Below are positions 48,445 through 60,817 of a DNA stretch of 64,000 nucleotides, piece by piece (within the stretch, counting starts at the first letter, position 1; every line of letters starts with the position of its first letter). This DNA is from Squalus acanthias. Lineage: Eukaryota. A model generated the notes under the pieces. It was not told the DNA's origin. It did not search any database and saw nothing but the letters and a program-made list of their open reading frames with translations. The stretch is from assembly GCA_030390025.1 (NCBI GenBank), contig CM059431.1:150104001-150168000 (forward strand). The letters are read 5' to 3'. The position numbers and the translations under genes are program-made.

Positions 48445-51285
48445 ATCACAGAATCATACAGCACAGAAGCAGGCCATTCAGTCCATCGAGCCTGTGCCGG
48501 CTCTTTGAAAGAGCTATTCAATTAGTTCCCCTCCCCTGTTCTTTCCCCATAGTCCTGCAAGTCCCTCACTTCCAGTATTGATCCCGTTCCCTTTTGAAAG
48601 TTATTGTTCAATCTGCTTCTATCACCTTTTCAGGCAGTGCATTCCCGATCATAACAACTCGCTGCGTCGATCAAATTCTCCTCATCATCACTGTGATTAT
48701 TTTCCCAATTATCATATATCTGTGTCTTCTGGTTACCGGCCCTTCTGCCAGTAGAAATATTTCCTCCTTATTTACTCTATCAAACCCGTCATAATTTTGA
48801 ACATCATCAGTATATCTCCCTTTTATATTGCGGGATCGCTGGAGAACAATTCCAGCTTCTCTTGTCTCTCCGCATAAGTTAAGTCCCTCATCCTTGAAAA
48901 CGTTCCACTAAATCTGTTGTGTGCCCACTCCAGGACCTTGACATCCTTCCTAAAGCTGCCAAGAATTGGACACAACACTCCAGCCGGGGCCTAACCAGAG
49001 ATTTATGAAGGCTCAGCATACATTCCTTGCTCCTGTTCCCTGCCTCTATTGATCAATCTAAGGTTTCCATGCGTTTTTTTAACAATCTTGTCAACTTGTC
49101 CTGCCATCTTCAAAGGCTTGTGTACGTAAACTCCCAGGTGTCCTTTTCCTGCACCCCCTTTAAAATTGTACAATTTCGTTTGTATTGCCGCTACACATTT
49201 TCCTCCAAGATTTATCCTTCACACCTCTCTTAATTAAATTTCACCTGTCTTTTTTCATTTTCATTAATTCCTGGGATGTGGCCTTTGCTGGCACGGCCAG
49301 CAATTATTGTCCATCTCTAATTGCCCTTGAGAAGGTGGAGTTGAGACAATTTCTTGAAATTCTGCAGTCCGTGAGGCGAAGATTCTCCCACAGGGCTGTT
49401 ACGGAGAGAGTTGCAGGTTTTTCACCCAGCGACGATGAAGGAACGGCGATATATTTCCAAGGCAGGAAGGTGTGTGACTTGGAAGGAAACTTGCAGGTGG
49501 TGATGTTTCCATGCGCCTGCTGCCCTTGCCCTTCTAGGTAGTAGACTTCGCGGATTTGGTAGGCGCTTTTGAAGAAGCCTTGGCGAGTTGCTGCCGTGCG
49601 TCTTGTAGCTGGTACACACTGCAGCCACGGTACGCCAGTGGTGTAGGGAGTGAATATTTAAGGTGGTGCATGAGGTTCCAATCAAAGCTGGTGCTTAGTC
49701 CTGCATGATGTCGAGCTTCTTGAGAGTTTTTGGACCTTCACTCATCCAGACAAATTGAGAGTATTCCATCACACTCCTGACTTGTGCCTTGTAGATGGTG
49801 GAAAGGCTATGGGTTGACAGCAGGTGAGACAGTCACGTCATAATATCTAGTTCTGACCCACTCTTGTAGCCACAGTTTTTATGTGGCTGGTCCCGTTAAG
49901 TTTCTGTTGAATGATGATTCTCAGGATATTGATGGTGGGGGATTTGGCGATGGTAATTGAATTGAATGTCAAGGGGAGGTGGCTCTTGTTGCAGATCATC
50001 ATTGACTGGCACTTGTGTGGTGCGAGTGTTACTTGCCACTTATTAGCCCAAGCCTGAAAGTCGTCCAGTTCTTGCTGCATGCGGGCACGGACTGCTTCTT
50101 TATCTGATGAGTTGCGTATTGAAGTGAACACTGGAATCGTAAGCGAACATCCCGAGTTCTGACCTTATGATGGAGGGAAGGTTATTGATGGAGCAGCTGA
50201 AGGTGGTTGGGTCTCGGACACTGCCCTGAGGAACACATGCTGCGTTGCTCTGTGGCTGTGATGATTGGCCTGCAACAACCTTTGTGCTAGGTATGACTCG
50301 TGCCAGTGGAGAGCAACCCCCCTGATTCCCATTGACTTCAATTTTACGAGGTCCCTTTGATGTCACTCTCAGTCAAATGCTGCCTTGAATTCAAGGGCAG
50401 CCATTCTTACCTCACCTCTGGAATTCAGCTCCTTTGTCCATGTTTGGACCAAGGCGGTAATGAGATCAGGAGCTGAGTGGTCCGGTTGGAACTCAAACTG
50501 AGCGTCGTTGAGCAAGTTATTGTTGAGTAAATGCCACTCAATAGCACTGTCGACGACACCTTTTATCACTTTTATCATTTTACCAGTCTATGTCCTACTG
50601 AAGCCAACTACTATCCCTCTCAGTGTTTACTATATTTCCGAGTTTCAGGTCATCAGCAAACTTGAAATTATGCTCTTCATATATATATATAGGTCTATAT
50701 CATTAATATCTATCAAAAAAAACTGTGGTCCTAATAGCGAACCCTGGGGGACACCATTGTATATTTCCCTCCAGTCTGAAAAACAAAAAGTCACCACTAC
50801 TCTCTGTTTTCTGTACATTAGACAATCTCAGATCCCCGCTGACATTGTTCCTTTGATTCTAACATGTTTATTGAATGGCACTTTATCAAATGCCTGTTTT
50901 AAAGTCCACATGCACAACATGAACCGCACAACGCTCATGAACCCACTTCGTTAATTCATCAAACAAGTCAATCAAGATTGTCAGACGCATTTTGCCGTTA
51001 ACATATCTGTGCTGGTTGTCACTTATTAATCCATGTTTTTTCCTAGTGACAGATATTTTTTCCGGGAATATGGCCTCCAGAGGTTTCCCCACAACATTCG
51101 CTAGGCTGACTCGCCTGTAGTTATTGGATTTATCATTCTCTCCTTTTTTAAACAGGATGTAACACCTGCAACCCTACAATTCTCTGGCACCAGTCCCATA
51201 TTCAAGGAGGATTGAAGGATTCTGGAAAATTTTTGCGCTATTTCCATCATTCCTTCCCTCAGCAACCCTCATACATCCCAATCGG
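48445..51285 (-). mobile_element. Old CR1 (48445-49250 and 50575-51285) interrupted by LINE family B
   Basis: Tail 'atcacagaatcatacagcac'; RT motifs 'SDNQHRYVNGK..LTILIDLFDELT' on the far side of the insert. Confidence 0.8.
49255..50575 (-). mobile_element. LINE family B (CR1/L2-group, distinct from the main CR1), RT domain and 3' end
   Basis: ORFs 'NNLLNDAQFEF..HSAPD..AALEFKAAFD', 'VPQGSVRDP..INNL..MFAYD' and 'WANKWQVTLAPHKCQ'. Confidence 0.85.
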
Positions 51286-51612
51286 ACTGCAGAAATGTTC
51301 TCCTTTACTGTGGTACAAAGCGTGCGTGATTGAAAGGGGCTAACTGAAGCTGTTTGCTCACTGACTGGATTTAATGTCAGTCTCCATGGGTTAACTGAAG
51401 CTGTCCTTTCAGTGAATGTAATAAATGTCAGTCTCCATGGACACTAATTGCATCAATGCAGTGTTTCCTTCTTCTATTAATAAGGGATTCAATTCAATAT
51501 GTTATCACATAGTGTCAGTGAGAGCATTACCACCGGCACTAACAGGGATCAGCGCGCTGCTCCACAGAGAGGGAGTCGGAATCTAAGAACAATAGATTGG
51601 AATGTTAAAGCA

Positions 51613-51793
51613 ATGGATCAGAATCTGAGAACAGTAGATTGGAATGTTACAACAATGGGCAAGAGTTTCAGCTGGGATATTATCTATCTTTCTGCATCTT
51701 ATGATAGATTATCATTTAGTTCCCGGTTCTATTTCGCACTAAAGATTGTTCAATACTTTTACTACCCGCTCCTTGCTGCTGTTGGTGTTCCTG
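51613..51793 (+). CDS. GPR139-like class A orphan GPCR, coding exon 1 (N-terminus and start of TM1); exon 2 outside the window
   Basis: MDQNLRTVDWNVTTMGKSFSW...IVQYFYYPLLAAVGVP-G|GTAAGT, with an N-glycosylation sequon (NVT). The phase-1 donor at 51794 fits the phase of the exon-2 acceptor type seen at 27948 (G+TG = Val of GVPVN). An upstream in-frame ATG exists at 51499. Confidence 0.85.
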
Positions 51794-52019
51794 GTAAGTC
51801 TGTCTCTCCAGCTATTCTATTAACCATGTTTAACTGCATTACTGTTCTTGTCATTTACTCTCCCCTCCTTGTTGTTTTTGTTGTTCCCGGTAAGTCTCTG
51901 TATCCAACTCTTAACTCTGCAAACATTTGCTAACTGCATTAATGCTCTTGTAATTTACTCTCTCATCTTTGCCCTGTTAAGTCTCGATATCCAGCAATTA
52001 GATCTGTAATCCTCTGACT

Positions 52020-52320
52020 CACCACCTCCACAATTTCACCCGTCTCCGCCCCGTCTCAACCATTCTGCTGCATTAACCCCATTTGTTAAATCCAGAACCG
52101 ACTATTCCAATGCTTTCCTGGCCGGCCTCCCAGTTACAAGCCTCCATAAACTAGAGCTCATCCAAAACTCTGCTGTCCATATCCTAACACGCATCATGTC
52201 CCGTTAACGCATCAGTCATGTGTTCGCTGACCTAGATATGCACCCGATCTTGCAACACCTCGAGCTTAATAGTCTCCTCCTTGTGTTCATATCCCACCAT
52301 GGCCTCACCCCTCCAAATTA
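52020..52320 (+). mobile_element. L2-type LINE fragment (related pieces at ~47720-47790 + and ~55960-56100 -)
   Basis: 'gactattccaatgctttcctggccggcctccc...aaactagagctcatccaaaactctgctg' encodes a DYSNA.LAGLP..KLELIQNSA motif typical of the L2 ORF2 C-terminus. Confidence 0.7.
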
Positions 52321-52904
52321 GTCCAATTCCCGTGCTCTTTTCCCATAGTACTGAACATTAGAAACATAGAAACTAGGAGCAGGATTGTTCCCCTTCAAGT
52401 ATTTATCCAATTCCCCTTTTGAAGGTAATTTATTTTCCTCTGTAAATCTCCCAGTTTTTCAGTCGTTATTTTTATTTCTCTATTGCTCTTTATCTCTCTC
52501 CCTCCTCTCTCTGTCTCTCTTTTGTTTCGTGCTCATAGAATCATAAAATGCTGCAGCACAGAATGAGGCCATTCGACCCATCGTATTCTTGCCGTCCCTT
52601 TGAAAGAGCTGTCTAATTAGCCTAATCTTTAGCCAGAGCCCAGTAAAAATGCACCCTTCAACTAAGAATCGAATTCCCTGTCGAAACTATATAATTTGCT
52701 TGCATCACGTTCTCAGACAATTCCTTCCAGATCACAACAACTCACTGCATAAAGAAAACTCCCCTCATATCTTCTCTGTTTTTTTTTGCAAATTACCCTA
52801 AATCTGTGAACGCTGGTTTCCCATCATTTTGCCACTGGAAACAGTTTCGACTTATGCTCTCGATCAAAACCCATCATGATTTTTATCATCATTACTAAAT
52901 CTCC

Positions 52905-55005
52905 CATTATGTTAAAGGACAAAGATAGAACATGTGTATAAGTTCTCAATTGCACAAAGGTTAATTTTACTAAGCTGCGATGTAATTCAGCAAAAGTGGA
53001 TTGGAAACAGTTACTTTAAGGGAAATCAGTGGCAGCAGTGTGAAGCATTCAAGAAGGTGGTAGTGAGGGTTCGGAGCAAATATGTTTCCACAAAGAATTA
53101 GGATGAAAATCCAATTCTAGAGTCCCCTGGATGTCAAGGAAAATACAGATTAAGATAAGAAGAAAAAGGGAAGCAAATGACAGATACCGGGTGCTCAATA
53201 CTACAGACAGCCCAGAGGAGTGTAGAAAGTGCAGGGGTGAAATTAAAAATGAAATTAGGAAGGCAAAGAAAGGGCATGAAAAATATTGCCAAGGTGATTT
53301 TGTGACTGGAAGACTGTTTCCACTGCGAATCCGCAGAGCTCCGTTGTAGGTCCCCTGCCTTTTGTTGTATATACGAATGATCAATATTTCAATGCTGAGG
53401 CCTTGATTAAGAAGTTTGTAGATGATACAAAAATTGGCCGTGTGATTGATAGTGAGGAAGATAGTTGTAAACTGCAGAAAGATATCAATGGATTGGTCAG
53501 ATGGGCATAAAAGTGGCAAATGGAATTCAATCCAGAGAAGTGTGAGGTGATGCATTTGGGAAGGGTTAACAAGGCAAGGGATACACAATAAATGCTAGGT
53601 TAATGAGAAGTGCAGAGGAACAGAGGGAACTTGGAGTGCATGTCCGCAGATCCCTAAAAGTAGAAGGACATGTAGATGGGGAGGTTAAGAAGGCATATGG
53701 GATTATTTGCTTTATTTGCCGAGGCATAGAACATAAGAGCAGGGAAGTTATGCTGGAACTGTATAAAACACGTTAGTTCAAAGCTAAGAATACTGCATAC
53801 ATTTCTGGTCACCACATTACAGGAAAGATGTGACTTCACTCGATAGTTTACAGAGGAGAATCACGAGGATGTTGCCAGGACTGGAGAATTTTAGCGATGA
53901 GGAAATATTGGATAGGCTGGGGCTGTTACTTTGGTACAGAGGAGGCTGAGCGGAGATTTAATGAAGAAGTATAAATTTATGAGCGGCATCGATAGAGTGG
54001 ATAGACAGCATCAATTTCTCTGAGCAGAGCGGTCAATAATCAGCAGGCATAGTGTTAAATGTAATTGGTAGATGGATTAGTGGGGAGATGAGGAGATTTT
54101 TTTTCACCCAGATGGCGGAGCTGCAAAGTTGGATTAGGCTGGATAGCTGTTTCAATCGACGCACACACGATGAGCCGAATGGCCTACTTCTGTGCCGAAA
54201 ATTTCTATGATTCCATCTTTCTGTTTCTTAACCTTACCTGCTCTAAAATGAACAATCCCTGCTTCGCCAGTCTCTCCACGTAACTGACGTCCCAGATCGC
54301 TGGAAAATTTCTTGTAAATCCCTACACCTTCTCTAATCATTGACATGCTTCCCAAAGTGTGGCGCCCAGAATTGGCCACAAAGCTCCAGCTGGGGCTTAA
54401 CCAGTGATTTATAAAATATTAGCATTTCATCCTGGATTTTGTTACATTGTGTCTCTGTTTGTAAACCCAAGGACTCAGTATGTTCTTTTAATTGCCGTTG
54501 TATCTTGTCCTGCCACCTTCACAGATTTGTGTAAGTACAGCCCAGGTCACACTGATCGTACATGCGCTTTAAAATTGTACCATTTAGTTTAAATTGCCTT
54601 GCTCATATCTCCTACCAAACTGTATCACTTCACCCTTCTCTGTGTTAAATTGTATCTGCCATGCATCTGCCCATCACACCAGTCTGTCTGTGTCCTCTTC
54701 AAGAATGTTGCTACACTTCTGATTGTTTATTAACATTGCTGACATTGCTGACATCAGCAAGCTTTTAAATTATGCGTTGAATACCCACGTCTGTGGCATT
54801 CACGTACAGGAAAAGAGCAATGCCCCCAACAAGGACCCCTGGTGAACAACACTGTATACTTCCATCCAGTCTGAAAAACAACCGTTTACCACTACTCTCT
54901 GCATTCTGTCACTTAGCCAAAATCCGAGCCAGGTTGCCACTGCCGCTTTAATCACTTGGACTTCAATTTTGTTTTCATGTGATACTTCATCAAACACCTT
55001 TTGAA
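52905..55005. mobile_element. Two decayed CR1 copies: plus 52905-54190 (internally deleted near 53293) and minus 54225-55005
   Basis: CR1 motifs 'aagtttgtagatgatacaaaaattgg', 'aagtgtgaggtgatgcattt' and ORF 'MQRVVVNGCFSDW..VHQGSLLG'. Confidence 0.82.
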
Positions 55006-55321
55006 AGGATAGCGAAATTGGGAAAGTATGGGCAGTGGCAATCAGAGAATCATAGAATTGGTGAACCAAGTTGTGTTGACGCCCCGCTCTGATCACAGGC
55101 CTCATTCCCATTTTATTGTTTGTTTTAATTTATTCTCAGGATATTGTAAAGCTTTCAAGGCAGGTATTACTTGCCCATTACTAAATACCCATGAGAAAAT
55201 GGTGGACTTTCATCTTGAACCACTGCAGTCCGTGTAGTGAAGGTGCCCCCACAAAACGGTTAGGGAAGGAATTTTATGCTTTTGATCCAGTGACGATGAA
55301 GGAATGGCGATATGTTTGAAG

Positions 55322-55720
55322 GGTACGGTAGCATAGTAGTTATGTTGCTGGACTAGTAAACCAGATACCTGGACAAATGATCCAAGGTCCACCAGCTGGG
55401 GAATTTAAATTAAATTAATTAAACAATTCAGGAAGAAAAAGCGATTGTTGATAATGGTGAGCATGACACTACCAGATTGTCATAAAACCAATCTGGTTCA
55501 CTAATGGTATTTAGGGAAGAAAACCTGCTGTCCTTATTCATTCTGGACGAAATGTGACTCCAGACCCACAGCAAAGTGCTTGAGTATTAACTGCTCCTCT
55601 GAAATGCCCTAGCAAGCCTCTCAGTTGTATACGCTGGCTCATCATAACCTTATCAATGTCAGTTAGTGAAGTGAATTAAATGCTGGCCTTGCCAGCGACG
55701 CCCACATCCCAAGAATGATC
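55322..55720 (+). mobile_element. tRNA-type SINE sharing its 3' tail with LINE family B
   Basis: Head 'ggtagcatagtagttatgttgctggactagtaa', body 'gattgtcataaaccaatctggttcactaatg', tail 'taaatgctggccttgccagcgacgcccacatccc'. Confidence 0.72.
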
Positions 55721-56281
55721 TGTTTAAGTCCATTTCTGGATGCTGTGTGAGTTGAAGGGAGTAATTGGAGGTGATGGTCTTTTGAACTACAGTCTGACCG
55801 AATTCTACCCCCTCGCCTGTGCCTCCTCCCTCGAATGCCATTTGTAGGAATCCAGCTGCAGCCCTGCGGGTGAAAGGTACTTACGGTTAAATACTAAACA
55901 GAAACAATGTATCGTTTGGCATTTTAGGGATACAAGTCATTTACTGGACCCTTGGCAATGATTTGGGGCTGAACACGAGGATGAAAATCTTAAAATCGAG
56001 GCATTGCCGATCCGTGAGACAATTTAAGTCAGCGAGCACAGGGGTGCTGGGTGAACGGGACTTGGTGCGAGTTATGAAAAGGACAGCAGAATTTTGGATC
56101 AGAAAGAAATTATTGTTATTAATTTTAGATATAACGTTATATCTCCGCACCACTGAAGCATCTGTCACGAAAGATAACAAATGACACTGAATGGGTTCAA
56201 GCTGACACTTTGAGAGGCAAATTCTAAGCCCAATTCGTCAACACGCTGTGACATTTGATATGTGCCGAATTCGGAAGACAA

Positions 56282-57842
56282 GGGCCGAGAAATTCGTCTC
56301 TGGCGGCTGCGCTAAATTTGTGCTGCCGCTAAACGGGCGGTATTGGATCATAAGAACATAAGAATTAGGAGCAGCAGGAGACCATTTGGCCCTTCGACCC
56401 TGCTCCGCCATTCAATTTGATCATGGCTGATCTTGTATCTCATCTCCACTTTCTTACACTATCTCCATATCCCTTGATTGCCTTAATATTCAAAAATCTA
56501 TCGAACTCTGTCTTGAATATACTCAACGTCTGATCCTCCACAGCCCTCTGGGATAGTGAATTCCAAAATTCACCATCCTCTGAGTGAATAAATGTACCTC
56601 ATCTAAATTCTAATTGGACGAAAACTTATTCTGAGACTGTGACCCCTGGGTCTAGATTTCCCAGCCAGGGGAAACATACTCTGTGCATCTACCCTGCCAA
56701 ACCCTTTAAGAAATGTGCGTGTTTCAATGAGATCACCTGTCATTCTTCTAAACTCTAGAGAATATAGGCGTAGTTTACTCAATCACTCCTCATAGGTCAA
56801 TCCCCAATCCCAGGAACCTGTCTGGTGAACCTTCTTTGAACTCCATCAATGACAAGTATATCCTTCATTAGTTAAGAAGACCAAAACTGCACACAACATT
56901 CCAGGTATGGTCTCGCCAGGGCTCTATATAATTGCCGTATGACGTCTTTACTCTTATACAGGAATCCTCTTGTTTTCAAGGCAACATACCGTTTGCTTTC
57001 CTAAATGGTTGCTGTACCTTCATGTTAACTTTCAGTGATTCGTTTACAAGGACACCCAGGTCCCTCTGAACAGCAACATTTCCCAATCTCACACCATTTC
57101 AAAAATGCTCTGCATTTCAAATTTTCCTACCAAAGTGGATAACATCATATTTCTCCACGTTGTATTCTATTTGCCATGTTCTTGTCCAATCACTTAGCCT
57201 ATATATATCCCCTTGAAGCCTTTTTGCATCCTCCTCACAACTTACATTCCCACACAGCTTTGAATTACCAGCAAACATGGATATAATACATTTGGTCCCC
57301 TTATCCAAATCATTGACGCAGATTATTAATAGCTGAGGCCAAGCACTAATCCTTGCGGTTCCCCAATAATTACAGCCTGGCAACAGGACATTGACCCGTT
57401 TATTCTTACAATTTGATTTCTGTCCGTTAACCAATCCTGAATCCAGGCTAGTATATTATCCCCAATCTAATCAGAATTAATTTGTTTAATAATCTTTTGT
57501 TTGGCACTTTATCGAATGCCTTCTGAAAATCCAAATACACCGCATCCATGGTCCCCTTATCTATACCGCTAGTTACAATCTCAAGATCTGTCAAACACAA
57601 TTTCTCTTTTATAAATCCGTTTTTACGCTAGCCAATTCTATTATAATATTCAAAGTGCCCTGTTATGAAGTCCTTAATAATAGATTCAAGCATTTCCCTA
57701 ATACTGATGTCAGGCTAACTGGTCAGTAGCTCCCGTTTTCTCTCTCACTCCTTTCTTAAATAGTGGGGTTACATCTGTTACCTTCGTTACACGCAGCTTC
57801 TGATATTGAGTTCCACCGCAGTCAATTAAGGATTTCTAGGCC
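56282..57842. mobile_element. MITE-like element (GGCC.AGAAAT TIRs) carrying a nested minus-strand CR1 (56348-57785)
   Basis: 'gggccgagaaatt' at 56282 and 'gatttctaggcc' at 57831-57842 flank a CR1 with tail 'cataagaacataagaa' and RT motifs (ORF 57117-57434). Confidence 0.7.
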
Positions 57843-58039
57843 AAGGTCTTCAATTCTTAACACCAATATTCCAGCAGAGGTTTCTCCGTAACTCTTTGAA
57901 GCCACTTTTTTGTCAAAGAACTAGTCTCAGTAATCCTGCAACATCAGCACCCCTGTGGTCCCAAACCGCATGGTTCACTTTTAAAAAAAAACAAAATCCA
58001 TTCCGGATCTTCTTAACATTCAATGGACATCTAAACAAG

Positions 58040-59625
58040 AGGGAGGAGCCACAGCCAGTGTCACAGAAACATTCATAATGGCTTTTTAAAGAGACTACCA
58101 GTAAAACAGGTTTTCTAAAGAGACAAGACCAGTCAGGCTTTTTAAAGAGAGAGCACCAGCGACACAGGCTTTTTAATGGACAGAACACTTCAAACAGGCT
58201 GTGTTAAGAGACAGGACCAGTCACACGGGCGCTTTAAGGAGACAGGACCAGTCACACAGCCTTTTTAAAGAGAGAGGAGCAGTCACACATGCTTTTAAAA
58301 GAGACTGGACCTGTCTCTCAATAATTTTAACAGAAAAGTCGAATCACACATGGTATTTAAAGAAAAAGAACCGGTGACACAGGCTTTCATAGAATCATAG
58401 AATGGTTACAGCAGGGATGAAGAAAATTCGGACCGTCGAGCCCACGTCGGCTCTCTGCAAAAGCACGTAAGCTAGTCCCACTCCCCCGCTGTTTCCCTCT
58501 GCATTATTTTCATTCAGGTACTTATCTAACTCCCTTTTGAAACCATTGATTAAGCCCGCCTTCACCAGCATTTTAGGCAGTGAATTCCAGATCCTAACCA
58601 CTCCTTGCGTAAAAAGTTTTTTTTTCTGATGTCTCCTTTGGTTCTTTTGCCAATCACCTTAAATCTGTGTCCTCTGGTCCTCGACCATTTGCCAATGGGA
58701 ACAGTTTATCTCTATCTGTTCTGTCCAGACCCATTGTGATTTGAACACCGCTATCAAATCTCCTCTCAAACTTTTCTGCTCCAAGGAGAACAACGCCAGC
58801 TTCTCCAATCTATCTACGTACCTGAAGTCCCCTATCCCTGGAATCATTCTCGTAAATCTTTTTTGCACCCTCTCAAAGGTCTTCACATCCATCCTGAAGT
58901 GCGGTGCAAAGAATTGGACACAATAAGCCAGTTGAGGCCAAACCAGTGTTTTATACTTGTTCATTATAATTTCCACGCTTTTGTACTCTATACCTCTATC
59001 CATGAAGCACAGGATCCTGTAAGCTTTTTTAACTGCTCTCTCAAACAGTCCGGCCAACTTTAATGATTTGTGCACATATAATCCGTCGGTCTCTCTGTTC
59101 ATGCATCCCCTTTAGGATTGTATGCTTTAGTTTATATTTCCTCTCCTCATTCTTTCTACCAAGATGTATCACTTCGCTTTTTTCTGCGTTAAATTTAATC
59201 TGCCACCTGCCCGCCCATTCCACAAGCCTATCTATTTCCTCTTGAATTCTATCGCTATCCTACTCTCTGTTTACTATACTTTTGAAAGACACAGGACCAG
59301 TCACACAGATTTTTTAATGACATAATCAGACATACAGGATTATTAAACAGACAGAACCAGTCACACAGATTTTTAAAGAACCAGCACTAGTCAGACAGGC
59401 TTTATAAAGAGACATGACCAGTCACACAGGCTTTGAAAGAATCAACACGAGTAACACAGGCTTTTAAAGAGACATAATCAGTCACACAGACTTTTCAAAG
59501 ATACATGGCCAGTCACTCAGGCTTTTTAAACAGACAAGACCAGTCATTCAGGCTTATTAAACAGACATGACCAATGTCACAGGTTTTTAAATGATAAAGG
59601 ACCAGTTACACAGGCTTTTCAAAGA
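58040..59625 (+). repeat. ~31-33-bp minisatellite split by a minus-strand CR1 (58388-59280)
   Basis: 'ttttaaagagacaggaccagtcacacaggc' units on both sides of the CR1 (ORF 58659-59102). Confidence 0.88.
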
Positions 59626-59647
59626 GAAAAAAATGACATAAGCAAAA

Positions 59648-59714
59648 GGGCCGAGAAATTCCTTCTCGGGCGACGGCACATAACAGCTTTTTTATTATCG
59701 GAAATTCTAGGCCC
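59648..59714. mobile_element. Minimal ~67-bp TIR element of the same MITE family
   Basis: 'gggccgagaaatt'...'aattctaggccc'. Confidence 0.55.
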
Positions 59715-59834
59715 CCATATCTGTCCTTACAGATTATTGGACCATTAATGTTCGTTCACAAATTCTAATCTGGTCCTGAATATGACCCCTTTCAAGCTGC
59801 TTATTTTGCAGACTATTAATTTTAATATGTTTAA

Positions 59835-60280
59835 TTCATGGATGTTGGAAATGCTGGCAATTCCAGCCAATCACTAATTGTCCTTGAGGAGGTGATGCTC
59901 TAATAATACCTTGAACCGCTGCAGTCCTTGTGGTGAAGATACTGCCCAGAGTCTCACTTTTGTACAACTGAGTGTCTTGCCAGGCCATTTCAGAGTGCAG
60001 GGCCGTGTCAGAGTGCAATTAAGATTCTACCGCATATGTGCAGCCCAACTAAGGATGGCAGGTTTCCATCCTTAAAGAATGTTATCGAACCAGTTGGCTT
60101 TTTTCTTGACAATCCTGTAGTTTCATGATCTGCATTACTGATACTAGATTTTAATTCCAAATGTATTTAATTAATTGATTTTAACTTCCCCAGCTGTCGA
60201 GGTGGGATTGAACTCAAGTCTCATAGTTTATTACTCCATGTCTCTGGGTTACTGGTCCAGTAACATAAACACGATGCTGA
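59835..60280 (-). mobile_element. LINE B tail and a second copy of the 55322-type SINE
   Basis: Reverse matches 'acaactgag..cttgccaggccatttcagag', 'gaaccagttgg....ttgacaatcc' and 'ttactggtccagtaacataa'. Confidence 0.65.
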
Positions 60281-60817
60281 TGTATTTGGTGTCTACAGAT
60301 AGTAACCCATAACACTATTGACTTCTAGGTGTTTGAGATGCTTTAGGGATTCAGGAGGTGAGTTTCTCACCGCAGAATATCCAGCCTCTGACCTGCTGTA
60401 GCAGCCAAGGCATTCATGTGGCTGGTCTAGTTGATTTTCCGATCAATGTCGACCACTCGGTTTTTGATGGTGGAGGGTTTGGTGATTGCAATGCCAATGA
60501 CTGTCAAGTATAAATTATCTCTTGCTGGATGTGGTCATCGTCGGGCGCTTGTGTGGAGAGAATTTATCTTTAATGACACCAGGGATGTGGGATTTCAGTT
60601 ATGTGGAGAAACTGGAGAAGCAGGGATTCTTCGCCGTGGAGCAGCGAATTCTAGGGGGAGATTGAATACAAGTGCTCAAAATGTTGAGTGTTTATAAACA
60701 ATAATTAAAGAGAAACTGTTTCCACTGGCTGACCTGTCATTACCAAAAGGACGAACCCCGATCACGCAATGAGATAATCTGGAATGAGCTCTCTGAAAGG
60801 CAGCTGGAAGCAAATTC

